Shown here in pieces: positions 19,704 through 28,315 of a stretch of DNA of 64,000 nt. Each line of letters begins with the position of its first letter. Positions within the stretch are counted from its first letter, which is position 1. The DNA is from an uncultured Anaerolineaceae bacterium (GTDB lineage Bacteria > Chloroflexota > Anaerolineae > Anaerolineales > Anaerolineaceae), in contig CAZBDC010000002.1 of assembly GCA_964490575.1 (NCBI GenBank), positions 20,698-84,697 on the forward strand, given 5' to 3'. Below the pieces are notes generated by a model. It did not search any database and was not told the DNA's origin. It worked only from the letters and a program-made list of their open reading frames with translations. The position numbers and the translations under genes are program-made.

Positions 19704-19738
19704 GTCTTGAATATACGGTAAGGGGTTCGATCCTTGAA
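19704..19738 (-). promoter_or_regulatory. Putative promoter TTCAAG-17-TATATT with the -10 box 6 nt from the ATG at 19703
   Basis: The minus strand reads TTCAAGgatcgaaccccttaccgTATATTcaagacATG. There is no Shine-Dalgarno sequence. Confidence 0.4.
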
Positions 19739-19756
19739 CCCACCATGGTGGGATTC

Positions 19757-19796
19757 GGGAAAAGAAAATCGCCTAACACCAAAGTGTTAGGCGATT
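19757..19796 (-). terminator. Rho-independent terminator downstream of the MalT/LuxR regulator gene
   Basis: A perfect 13-bp stem, AATCGCCTAACAC-CAAA-GTGTTAGGCGATT. On the minus strand it is followed by TTTTCTTTTCCC. Confidence 0.7.
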
Positions 19797-19817
19797 GAAA
19801 TTAGCGGATAGATGTGA

Positions 19818-22088
19818 TCAGACCAATCCCAACCGGCGGGCCTCGATGATCGCCTGGGCGCGGCGTTTGACACCCAGTTTGCCATAGAGATTGTTGGCAT
19901 GCCGCTTGACCGTGTCGAGGGCGATGAAGAGTTCATCCGCGATTTCCTGGTTCGACCTGCCCGCGCAGATCAGGCGCAACACTTCAAGTTCACGTTCGCT
20001 CAACGGTTCGATCAAAGGCTGCGAGGATGGTGATTTGATTTCGATCTCACGCCTGGTTTGAGCGACGGCGTCATTTAAGAAGCGGTTGTGAATACCCACG
20101 GCAATTTGCTCGGCGTGGCCCAGATCCTCTTGTGCCTGGGATATCTTGCCCTGCGCGTGATGCAAACGAGCGGCAATCAAATAACCTTGAGCAAGATACA
20201 ACACGTGACCGCTCTTTTGCGCGGTTTCCAACCCCTGGTGTAAATGAATTTCCGCTTCATCCCATGACTTCTTTTCGCACAACACATTCGCCAGTCCCAA
20301 ATGAATCAAGCAGAAAGCGGGATAATTGGCATGGGCCGGTTGCTCTGCGAGCGCCAGCTCGGCGCGGCAGATTTTTTCCGCCTGCTCCAGGCGCCCCAGG
20401 AGCAGGCTGATGCGCGCCAGTTCCATCGTCGCATGCGCGAGGGCAAGACTATTGCCACATCCGCGAGCGTGTGGACTGACCCGGCTCAGGTAATCTGCTG
20501 CCCGAGCCAGATCGTTAGCCGTCACATAGGTATAACCCATCTGCGAATAGCAGGCCGTGTAACCCATGTCAGCGACCACCGGCCCAAGCGTTTGGCGTAA
20601 TTCCTCGATGGTCGGCAGGAGTTGTTCGATTTCTTTGAGCGCTGCGGCAACATCGCCGCGATGCCGCATAACAATGGCGCGCAGCAAGATCACCTGCTGC
20701 ATGACAATGTTGTACTCGGGGTGCTCTTTGGGCAACTTGCCTGTTTCGACCATTTGCTCAAATGTCTGGGTAATCTCATCGAGATATACTGCGATGCGTT
20801 CATAATCACCGCGCACGAACAAGGTCCAGCAATACGCCACGCCTAAAGGAGGTGACTGGCGAACAAAGTCAGCGGGCAGGGAATCAAGCCATTGCACGGC
20901 GGTATGCAATCGTCCCTGATGATAAATACGCCGCCAGTTATCCAGGACCAGACGACTGGCATACGGGTAATCCGGGATGGCGAGCGTGTGGTGCAGGGCA
21001 TCTTCAACGTGGTTATTTCCTTGAAACCACTGGGCAGCCCGGCGGTGCAGCACTGGCAAATCGTCTGCGCGCGTACGTTTCAAATTACCATTCAGCAATT
21101 CAGCGAACAGGTGGTGGTAGCGAAACCAGAAGTGTTCGTCATCCAGTGGCGTAACGAATAGATTGCGGCGATCCAAATCTGCCAGCACATCAGCGCTATC
21201 GGTGCGTTCTGTCACTGTATTGCACAGTGGCGCGCACATTCGCGGGAGAATCGAGGTTTCTAGCAAGAAACGTTGGATCGATTCGGGTTGGCGTTGTAAG
21301 ATTTCATCCGCCAGATATTCCAACACGTAATGATGACTGCCCGTAAACGCCTGAATGAACCCGTGCTTGTCAGCATGCCCCTGCATCGATAATGCTGCGA
21401 GCTGCAATCCGACAATCCATCCCTCGGTGCGTGTTTCGAGCGCCTCCACATCGGATGGCGGCAGATCCAGATGCATAGAAGTATTGAGGAATGCCGATGC
21501 TTCATCCGTGGTAAAGCGTAAATCGGCGACGCGCAGTTCTGCAAGTTGCCCCCGTGCGCGCAGGCGGCTGATGGGCAAAGGCGGGTCGGCGCGCGTCGCA
21601 ATGACCAGGTGAAGTAAAGGGGGTAAGTGATTGACGAAAAAGGTCATCTCTTCATGGATCGCCAGGTTTGAAATGACATGGTAATCGTCGATAACGAGGA
21701 TAAGCTCTTTGTCGATACGGATGATGTCATTGATCAGGCCGGTCACAATTTGCTGAATGGCCGGCGCTTGGGATTCATAAAGCGTGGGGCGCTGCCCTTC
21801 GCCGATGCGGCTGTCGATGGCGGCCAGGGCAGCATCGATGTAGCGCCAGAAACGCAACAGGTCATTATCGCCTTCATCGAGGGCAAGCCAGGCAAAGGGG
21901 AGGCCGCTGGCGCGGGCGAAGTCCATCACCAGGGTGGTTTTCCCGAATCCCGCCGGGGCAGAAACCAAAGTACAGGCCGCTCCCAGCTGCCGCGCCTGGG
22001 CGAGTTTCTCCAACAGGGCCTGGCGTTTCACCTGGTTGGGGCGCGGCGGTGGAGGAAAAAATTTGGTTTTGAGCAAGTCTTCGAGCAT
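19818..22088 (-). CDS. MalT-type STAND regulator (P-loop NTPase, TPR-like helical repeats and a C-terminal LuxR HTH)
   Basis: Carries LLKTKFFPPPPRP, Walker A APAGFGKTT and the C-terminal LSERELEVLRLICAGRSNQEIADELFIALDTVKRHANNLYGKLGV. The start at 22088 was chosen because of the MLEDLLKTKF N-terminus and a TATAAT 6 nt upstream. The ORF track extends the frame to 22352. Confidence 0.85.
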   Translation of the reverse strand: MLEDLLKTKFFPPPPRPNQVKRQALLEKLAQARQLGAACTLVSAPAGFGKTTLVMDFARASGLPFAWLALDEGDNDLLRFWRYIDAALAAIDSRIGEGQRPTLYESQAPAIQQIVTGLINDIIRIDKELILVIDDYHVISNLAIHEEMTFFVNHLPPLLHLVIATRADPPLPISRLRARGQLAELRVADLRFTTDEASAFLNTSMHLDLPPSDVEALETRTEGWIVGLQLAALSMQGHADKHGFIQAFTGSHHYVLEYLADEILQRQPESIQRFLLETSILPRMCAPLCNTVTERTDSADVLADLDRRNLFVTPLDDEHFWFRYHHLFAELLNGNLKRTRADDLPVLHRRAAQWFQGNNHVEDALHHTLAIPDYPYASRLVLDNWRRIYHQGRLHTAVQWLDSLPADFVRQSPPLGVAYCWTLFVRGDYERIAVYLDEITQTFEQMVETGKLPKEHPEYNIVMQQVILLRAIVMRHRGDVAAALKEIEQLLPTIEELRQTLGPVVADMGYTACYSQMGYTYVTANDLARAADYLSRVSPHARGCGNSLALAHATMELARISLLLGRLEQAEKICRAELALAEQPAHANYPAFCLIHLGLANVLCEKKSWDEAEIHLHQGLETAQKSGHVLYLAQGYLIAARLHHAQGKISQAQEDLGHAEQIAVGIHNRFLNDAVAQTRREIEIKSPSSQPLIEPLSERELEVLRLICAGRSNQEIADELFIALDTVKRHANNLYGKLGVKRRAQAIIEARRLGLV

Positions 22089-22100
22089 AAGGATATTATA
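22089..22100 (-). promoter_or_regulatory. Consensus -10 TATAAT 6 nt upstream of the regulator ATG (putative leaderless promoter)
   Basis: The minus strand reads aaccaaTATAATatccttATG. There is no Shine-Dalgarno sequence. Confidence 0.45.
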
Positions 22101-22297
22101 TTGGTTATGACCCGTTTGCGTTATACCCGATTGAACCAGTGTCACACCTTTCATAAAGTCGATGAGTGTTTTGTCTACAAAATATTCCCAGGCATTTTTC
22201 CCAACTATTTTGGGAAAACATCTCTTTGTACCCATCTTTGGGCGTGCTAAATTCAAGTCACAGATAGCAAACGAACCACACAAAGGAGATGTAGAAA

Positions 22298-22909
22298 ATG
22301 CAAAATTCATCTTTGGCTCGTAAAGCCGGTATCGTTGGTATAATTGGTGCAATATTGTGGGTGACTGCTGTGATTATGCAATCCAGCTTCAACCTGTTTG
22401 TGCCGGATGGGAGCGCATTGTGGATTGCGCACCAGTTGATTGCGCTGACCGCCCTGACAGGCGTGGCGGCAGGGTTCCTCGGCTTAATCCCCGGCGGGGC
22501 GGTGGCGAACACCTTTGGTAAAACTGCCGTGATTCTCTACGCCGTCAGTCGCGGGTTGATCATTCTCGGTGGTTTGGCCAATCTGTTTCTGCAGGGGCAA
22601 GACAGCCCCATCTTCCTCGTCTTTCCGATCGGGGGCATGCTTGCTGATATCGCTGCGCTGCTGATCGGCATCGCAGTGGTCACCGCCAAACGATGGACCG
22701 GCTGGCAGCGCTGGATGCTCCTGGCGCATTTCCTGGTCATATTCTTTGCAGTCAGCCTGCCGCTCGGATTGGGTGTCACGCCGGACGGTCCCGGCATGGC
22801 GGGCGAACTCGTCATGGGAGCGATGTGGCTGGGTGTGGCGCTGGCGGTATTTACATCAGCAGCAAATCCGCGCGTCTACGCCGTGGCTCCCCTGGCTTCG
22901 CAGCAGTAA
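22298..22909 (+). CDS. Membrane protein, function unknown
   Basis: 203 aa with about 6 hydrophobic helices. An AAGGAG RBS lies 9 nt upstream of the ATG. Confidence 0.7.
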   Translation: MQNSSLARKAGIVGIIGAILWVTAVIMQSSFNLFVPDGSALWIAHQLIALTALTGVAAGFLGLIPGGAVANTFGKTAVILYAVSRGLIILGGLANLFLQGQDSPIFLVFPIGGMLADIAALLIGIAVVTAKRWTGWQRWMLLAHFLVIFFAVSLPLGLGVTPDGPGMAGELVMGAMWLGVALAVFTSAANPRVYAVAPLASQQ

Positions 22910-22921
22910 ACACGCTTTTTC

Positions 22922-22965
22922 GCCTGTGATCTGTAGGTGATAGAAACGGCCCACAGATCACAGGC
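22922..22965 (+). terminator. 13-bp hairpin downstream of the membrane-protein gene (weak terminator candidate)
   Basis: GCCTGTGATCTGT-N18-ACAGATCACAGGC. No T-tract follows directly. Confidence 0.35.
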
Positions 22966-23013
22966 CACCTGGTTCAAGATTTTCTTCCATAATACGAAAG
23001 GCATCAGCAGCGT

Positions 23014-25293
23014 ATGCGTGAAAAGAAAAACTTGCCCGCAAGAGGGCACACGCGAAAAACCCTTTTATGGCAAGCGGCAGCACTGAGCTGGATATTGCTA
23101 TGCCTGATACTGCTCGCGTATCGCTTCACGCTCCCCACGGATGGCTGGTTGGCGGTCGAGCCGGATGGTTTTGACAGCCATGGGTTTATCTTACGGCAGA
23201 ATGTAATGGGTCTGTCATCCAACTTGCGGCCCGGCGATTGGATCACAGAAATCCAGGGGGTTCCGATTGTCAATGGTCTGTATATTGCACCCAAGGGGCT
23301 AGAAACCACCTGGCGGGCTGGGGGCAGTGTTGAGTACACCATCCAGCGGGAAGGGCAAACAATCTCCATGCAGGTTCCGCTGGGGCGCTGGTCGGTCGAG
23401 CGGGTGCTCGCCGCAACCGTTTTCACCAACCCAGCCACGATCTTCACCTGGTTTGGATTAATTGTGTTTGTCTCTGCTGGTTTCTATGCATTCTGGCGGC
23501 GCCCAAACCTTCCTGCCGCGACAGTGTTGATGTTCCTGGCGTCGTTTCTGTTCAGCATCTTTCTGACCATGAATATATTACCGCCCATGGTCGCTGACGT
23601 GCTGGACCCACTGGCGAATTTTGGTGTTGTTACCATCACCCTTCTCACCTTTTCGGTGCTCCTTCCGCCCGCCTTCATCCGCTTTGGCCTGACATTTCCA
23701 TACGCCAAACCCATTCAGCACAGGCATCCCTGGCTGGTCTACCTGCCTTACCTGGTGGGCGCGGGAGTAATTGCGGCGTTTGCCATGCGAGTGTATGTAG
23801 CCGGCTGGCTTTGGGTTGGCATCTCCGTCCTGATCACCTTTAGCCTGCTGCTACACAACGCCTTCACGATGCGCGACTCCATCAGCCGCGCGCAAATGCG
23901 CTGGGCATTGGGCGGAACTCTGCTCGGGTTAGGCCTTTTTGGGATGACCTTTGTCAATTTCTTATTTGTGGGATCTTCGACAAGTTTATTGGGGCAACTG
24001 CTGTCGGCTCTTGGTTCGTTGGGCTTTCCCGTTGTGGGCATTGGTCTGGCTGTGGCGATCTTGCGGTACCAGCTTTTCGGCCTCGAACGCATCGTCAATC
24101 GCGCCCTGGTGTACTTTGGCCTGACGCTGTCGGTGATTGTGATCTATGTCCTGGTGGTCGGATATCTGAGCTATCTTTTCCAGGCGCAGGGCAACCTGCT
24201 CATTTCGCTGGTTGCAACGGGAGCCGTGGCGGTTTTATTTGCACCGCTGCACCGCGCTTTGCAGCGCGGCGTGAACCGGGTGATGTACGGTGAGCGTGAT
24301 GAGCCGTATGATCTGCTCATGCGCCTCGGCCAGCAGGTGGAATCTGCGCTTGACTCATCCGCCGGGCTGGCGCTGGCAGTGGAAACGGTAGCAAAAGCGC
24401 TGAAGCTGCCTTATGTCGCGCTTGCGCTAAGGGGAGAGGATGAGATGCAGGTGGCGGCCCAATCCGGCACGGTGCGGAACACGTTCGAAAAATTTCCCCT
24501 GGTAATTGCTGGGCAAAACATTGGCGAGCTTCGGGCCGCAACTCGCTCTGCGGATGAACCATTTTCACAGGTCGACCGGCAGTTGATGGGTAACCTGGCC
24601 CGCCAGATCAGCGCAACGGCCCATGCTCATTTGCTTGGGTTGCGCCTGGAGCAGGCCCGCCTGCGCCTGGTGACCGAGCGCGGCGAAGCCCGAAGACAAT
24701 TAGGCCGGGATTTGCATGATGGTGTAGGACACCAGCTTACTGCCCTGGTGCAGCAGCTTGAGCACCTTAAAAATATCATGCAAAAAGATCCTCATGGCGC
24801 GGAATCGACATTTTCCAGCATGAACCAGCAGCTGGTATATTTGAGCTCGCATGTTCGCGAACTGGCGCATCAGCTTTTCCCACCCGAGTTGGAACTGCTG
24901 GGGCTGGCAGGCGCGCTGCGCGAACGTATATTGACTCATCCGAACTTGAAGGTTATTCTAGATGCTCCTGAAGATCTGCCGGGTTTGCCGGCAGAGATAG
25001 AAACAGCCGTATATTACATTGCGTTAGAAGCCTTGACCAACATCGAGAAACACGCCCAGGCGCAAAGCTGTCATATCAACTTAAGACTCCACCCTTCACA
25101 GTCCTTACCCATGCTGAAATTCACCATTCGAGATGATGGGCGTGGGCTGGCTGAGCCGTCCCTCGGTGGAATCGGACTGCTCTCCATGCAGGCGCGCGCA
25201 GCCGAGGTTGGTGGAACCTTTGTGATGGATACTTTACCGGGTGGAGGTACGACCATATCCGTCCATATTCCTTGTCCAACCGCAATCGGGTAA
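23014..25293 (+). CDS. Sensor histidine kinase (HisKA_3/NarL type) with a PDZ-like N-terminal domain and a multi-TM region
   Basis: Contains the H-box GRDLHDGVGHQLTAL and the HATPase blocks YYIALEALTNIEKHA and DDGRGL..GGIGLLSMQARA. LRPGDWITEIQGVPI is a PDZ-like segment. About 8 TM helices are present. Confidence 0.85.
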   Translation: MREKKNLPARGHTRKTLLWQAAALSWILLCLILLAYRFTLPTDGWLAVEPDGFDSHGFILRQNVMGLSSNLRPGDWITEIQGVPIVNGLYIAPKGLETTWRAGGSVEYTIQREGQTISMQVPLGRWSVERVLAATVFTNPATIFTWFGLIVFVSAGFYAFWRRPNLPAATVLMFLASFLFSIFLTMNILPPMVADVLDPLANFGVVTITLLTFSVLLPPAFIRFGLTFPYAKPIQHRHPWLVYLPYLVGAGVIAAFAMRVYVAGWLWVGISVLITFSLLLHNAFTMRDSISRAQMRWALGGTLLGLGLFGMTFVNFLFVGSSTSLLGQLLSALGSLGFPVVGIGLAVAILRYQLFGLERIVNRALVYFGLTLSVIVIYVLVVGYLSYLFQAQGNLLISLVATGAVAVLFAPLHRALQRGVNRVMYGERDEPYDLLMRLGQQVESALDSSAGLALAVETVAKALKLPYVALALRGEDEMQVAAQSGTVRNTFEKFPLVIAGQNIGELRAATRSADEPFSQVDRQLMGNLARQISATAHAHLLGLRLEQARLRLVTERGEARRQLGRDLHDGVGHQLTALVQQLEHLKNIMQKDPHGAESTFSSMNQQLVYLSSHVRELAHQLFPPELELLGLAGALRERILTHPNLKVILDAPEDLPGLPAEIETAVYYIALEALTNIEKHAQAQSCHINLRLHPSQSLPMLKFTIRDDGRGLAEPSLGGIGLLSMQARAAEVGGTFVMDTLPGGGTTISVHIPCPTAIG

Positions 25294-25302
25294 ACTATAG
25301 AT

Positions 25303-25968
25303 ATGGAGAAAATTCGCGTCCTCATTGCCGATGATCAAGTGATCACGCGCAGCGGCCTGCGCGTACTTTTGTCTGCCAGCGATGAATTGGAAATTGCGGG
25401 CGAAGCCAGCAACGGCGAAGACGCGATCGCAATGGCAAATGCCGAGCAGCCTGATGTCATTCTGATGGACCTGCGCATGCCCGGAGTCAACGGGATCGAA
25501 GCTACCCGGCGGATACACCGCGCCAGCCCGCACATCGGCATTCTCATCCTGACCGTTTTTGAGGATGATTCGTCCGTATTCCCGGCGATCCGGGCCGGCG
25601 CGCGTGGATATCTGCTCAAGAACAGTGAACGGGAAGATCTGCTGCGCGCGATCAGTACGGTTGCGGCGGGTGGAGCGGTTTTCAGCCCTGGCATTGCCCA
25701 AAAAGTTCTGGGCTATCTTTCGGCTCCTCAGGTTCAACCAGTAACAAGCCTCTTTGATGAGCTAACCGAACGTGAACGAGAGATCCTTGAATGGATCGCC
25801 AGAGGGAAAACCAATGTCGAAATTGCCGCCAATTTGAACCTGAGTGCCAAGACGGTCAGCAATTACATCTCGAACGTTTTACTTAAAGTTCATGCCACTG
25901 ATCGGGCGAAGCTGATGCTCATGGCCCTTGAAGCTGGGATGGGTCAAAAGACAACTGGCTCAGAATAG
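25303..25968 (+). CDS. Response regulator, NarL/LuxR family
   Basis: REC domain (VLIADDQVITRSGL...DVILMDLRMPGVNG) plus the LuxR HTH LTEREREILEWIARGKTNVEIAANLNLSAKTVSNYISNVLLKV. Confidence 0.9.
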   Translation: MEKIRVLIADDQVITRSGLRVLLSASDELEIAGEASNGEDAIAMANAEQPDVILMDLRMPGVNGIEATRRIHRASPHIGILILTVFEDDSSVFPAIRAGARGYLLKNSEREDLLRAISTVAAGGAVFSPGIAQKVLGYLSAPQVQPVTSLFDELTEREREILEWIARGKTNVEIAANLNLSAKTVSNYISNVLLKVHATDRAKLMLMALEAGMGQKTTGSE

Positions 25969-25972
25969 AATA

Positions 25973-26041
25973 GTTTTTCGGACTTCGTTTGTTTTGTGTG
26001 GGCGACGCAGTCGCCCACACAAAACGATACAAATATCAAAA
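25973..26041 (+). repeat. Palindromic intergenic repeat, copy 2 (perfect 16-bp stem, 3-nt loop)
   Basis: GTTTTGTGTGGGCGAC-GCA-GTCGCCCACACAAAAC, flanked by GACTTCGTTT and GATACAAATATCA. It lies between the response-regulator stop and the recQ -10 box. Confidence 0.85.
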
Positions 26042-26084
26042 AAGGATAAGCGCCCAAACGGCTCGGACCGGAGTTATCCGGCGA

Positions 26085-26097
26085 TATAATAAAATAC
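26085..26097 (+). promoter_or_regulatory. Consensus -10 TATAAT 7 nt upstream of the recQ ATG (putative leaderless promoter)
   Basis: The sequence reads gcgaTATAATaaaatacATG. There is no Shine-Dalgarno sequence. Confidence 0.45.
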
Positions 26098-28284
26098 ATG
26101 CCAGCCACTTCTTCACGCACCCCCGAAAGCATTCTGCATACGGTCTTCGGCTACCAGCAGTTCAAGCCCCTCCAGCGGGAAGTGATCCACAATGTGCTGA
26201 ACAAACGCGACACACTGGCGGTCATGTCCACCGGAGGCGGTAAGTCGTTATGCTACCAGATTCCTTCTCTGCTCTCGCCCGGTTTGACCATCGTGATCTC
26301 GCCGCTGATCGCTTTGATGAAAGACCAGGTTGAGCAGTTGGACGCGCTCGGCGTCCCGGCGCTCTTCCTCAACAGTTCTCTGGCCTACGAAGAGTATCAG
26401 CTCAATATGGCGATGGTGCGCAGCGGCGAAATAAAGCTGCTTTATGTGGCTCCCGAAACGCTGCTTACCCCGCGCATCTTAAACCTGCTCGAATCTGTCC
26501 CGCTCTCCTGCCTGACGATCGACGAAGCGCACTGCATCTCCGAATGGGGCCATGATTTTCGCCCGGAATACCGCCAGATTGCCCAGGTGCGCCAGCGCTT
26601 TCCCCAGGCTGTCTGCCTGGCCCTCACCGCCACCGCCACCGAACGGGTGCGCCAGGATATCAAAGACACCCTGGCCTTCCAGGATAGCAACGAGTTTGTC
26701 GCCAGCTTCAACCGCGAAAACTTGATGATCGAAGTCCTGCCCAAAACCGATCCGGGCGCGCAGGCGCTCGCTTTCTTACAGCGTTTTCCCGACCAGTCGG
26801 GCATCATCTACTGCTTCTCGCGCAAACAGGTTGACGACCTGACCGCCTTTCTGTCCGCCAAAGGCTTCTCTGCGCGCTCCTATCATGCCGGCCTGCCAGA
26901 TCACGAGCGCAAGACCAATCAGGAAGCTTTCATTCGCGATGAAGTACAAATTATCGTCGCCACGATTGCTTTTGGAATGGGCATCAACAAGCCGAACGTG
27001 CGCTTTGTGTTGCATTATGATCTGCCCAAGAGTATCGAAAGCTATTACCAGGAGATTGGTCGCGCCGGGCGCGATGGACTGCCGGCGCACTGCCTGCTGC
27101 TTTACAGCTACTCGGATGTGGCCAAGCTGCGCTATTTTATTGATCAGAAGGCGGAGAACGAGCGCCAGGTGGCTTATTTGCATCTCAACGCCCTGATCAA
27201 TTACGCTGAAAGCTCCGTTTGCCGCCGCGCACCGCTGTTGGCCTATTTTGGCGAAAATTACAACGGCGATCACTGCGGAGCCTGTGACAATTGTTTGAAA
27301 ACGAAGCATGAACCGGAAGATATTACCATCCCGGCTCAAAAATTTTTATCGTGCGTCAGGCGCACCGGCGAACGCTTTGCCGCCACGCATATTACGCATG
27401 TGCTGTTGGGAATCGAAAACGAGAGAGTTCTCAAATACCAGCATCAGGAATTGTCCACCTTTGGCATCGGTAAAGAGTATACTCGCAGGCAGTGGCTGCA
27501 CATCGCTCAGCAGCTGCTCCAGAAAGGGCTGCTAAGCCAGAGCAATGACTCCTACCGTGTGCTGCGCCTGACCCCCAAAGGCAGCGAGGCGCTCAGGAAA
27601 CGCGAGCCGATCCAGGGGATCTTGCCGCGGACAGAAGTCGCCGCTGTTGCAAAAAAGAAGGCTGGCGAGATCGAGTATGATCACGATCTTTTTGCGCTCC
27701 TGCGGGCGAAACGCAAAGACCTTGCCGAAGCTGCCAACGTGCCGCCTTATGTGATTTTCTCCGACCGCACCCTGGTCGAGATTGCCTCTTACTATCCCAT
27801 GACTCCAGACAGCCTCAAGCGCGTCAATGGCATCGGCCAGGTCAAGCTTGAACGCTACGGTCGCATTTTGCTCGATCTGATCCAGGAATTCTGCCAGGAG
27901 CGCGGGCTGCAAGAGAAGCTGCCCCAAAAAAGCGGGCAAGCCCGCCAGACCCGCCAGGCGGTGAGCACACCCCGCCACGTGGTCATTGGAGAAGCCTACA
28001 ACGCGGGCCAATGCGTCTCGGCACTGATGCAGCAGTACGGCGTGCAGCGTGGAACGATCCTCGATCACCTGTCGGCTTTTGCCCAGGACGGAAACCCCTT
28101 GCGCCAGGGTGACGATTTTCTTTCCCTGCTCGATCTACCAGGTGAGCAGCAAGCGGCGGCCCTGGAGGCGTTTGAGCAGTTAGGAAGCAAGTACCTGAGA
28201 CCGGTGTTTGACCAGTTAGGTGGGGCGATAACCTATGACGATCTGAAAATCCTGCGGCTGCATTTTCTGAGCAGTCAGAAGTAA
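26098..28284 (+). CDS. recQ: ATP-dependent DNA helicase RecQ (with HRDC and an extra C-terminal domain)
   Basis: Carries FGYQQFKPLQREVI, TGGGKSLCYQIP, DEAHCISEWGHDFRPEY, the Zn-finger cysteines CRRAPLLAYFGE...CGACDNC and the HRDC segment PPYVIFSDRTLVEIA. Confidence 0.95.
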   Translation: MPATSSRTPESILHTVFGYQQFKPLQREVIHNVLNKRDTLAVMSTGGGKSLCYQIPSLLSPGLTIVISPLIALMKDQVEQLDALGVPALFLNSSLAYEEYQLNMAMVRSGEIKLLYVAPETLLTPRILNLLESVPLSCLTIDEAHCISEWGHDFRPEYRQIAQVRQRFPQAVCLALTATATERVRQDIKDTLAFQDSNEFVASFNRENLMIEVLPKTDPGAQALAFLQRFPDQSGIIYCFSRKQVDDLTAFLSAKGFSARSYHAGLPDHERKTNQEAFIRDEVQIIVATIAFGMGINKPNVRFVLHYDLPKSIESYYQEIGRAGRDGLPAHCLLLYSYSDVAKLRYFIDQKAENERQVAYLHLNALINYAESSVCRRAPLLAYFGENYNGDHCGACDNCLKTKHEPEDITIPAQKFLSCVRRTGERFAATHITHVLLGIENERVLKYQHQELSTFGIGKEYTRRQWLHIAQQLLQKGLLSQSNDSYRVLRLTPKGSEALRKREPIQGILPRTEVAAVAKKKAGEIEYDHDLFALLRAKRKDLAEAANVPPYVIFSDRTLVEIASYYPMTPDSLKRVNGIGQVKLERYGRILLDLIQEFCQERGLQEKLPQKSGQARQTRQAVSTPRHVVIGEAYNAGQCVSALMQQYGVQRGTILDHLSAFAQDGNPLRQGDDFLSLLDLPGEQQAAALEAFEQLGSKYLRPVFDQLGGAITYDDLKILRLHFLSSQK

Positions 28285-28315
28285 CTCCTGGCGACCAATC
28301 CCATCGCCGACGAGA

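Noticed and set aside
10018-19800. Interpretation of the lower-G+C block as an integrated genomic island
   Set aside because: There is no integrase, transposase, flanking direct repeats or full tRNA. Only 11 nt separate it from the mevalonate operon at one end. The compositional shift alone is insufficient, so the idea is kept only as a weak possibility under the tRNA-like fragment finding.
22089-22352. 88-codon N-terminal extension of the MalT-like regulator
   Set aside because: MalT-type proteins begin close to the LLxTK...P motif. A consensus TATAAT sits 6 nt before the ATG at 22088. The extension has no coding character that I can see.
22926-22961. TGTGATC...GATCACA, resembling a CRP/FNR-type half-site pair
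   Set aside because: The half-sites are 22 nt apart rather than 6. The sequence is better explained as the arms of the 13-bp hairpin.
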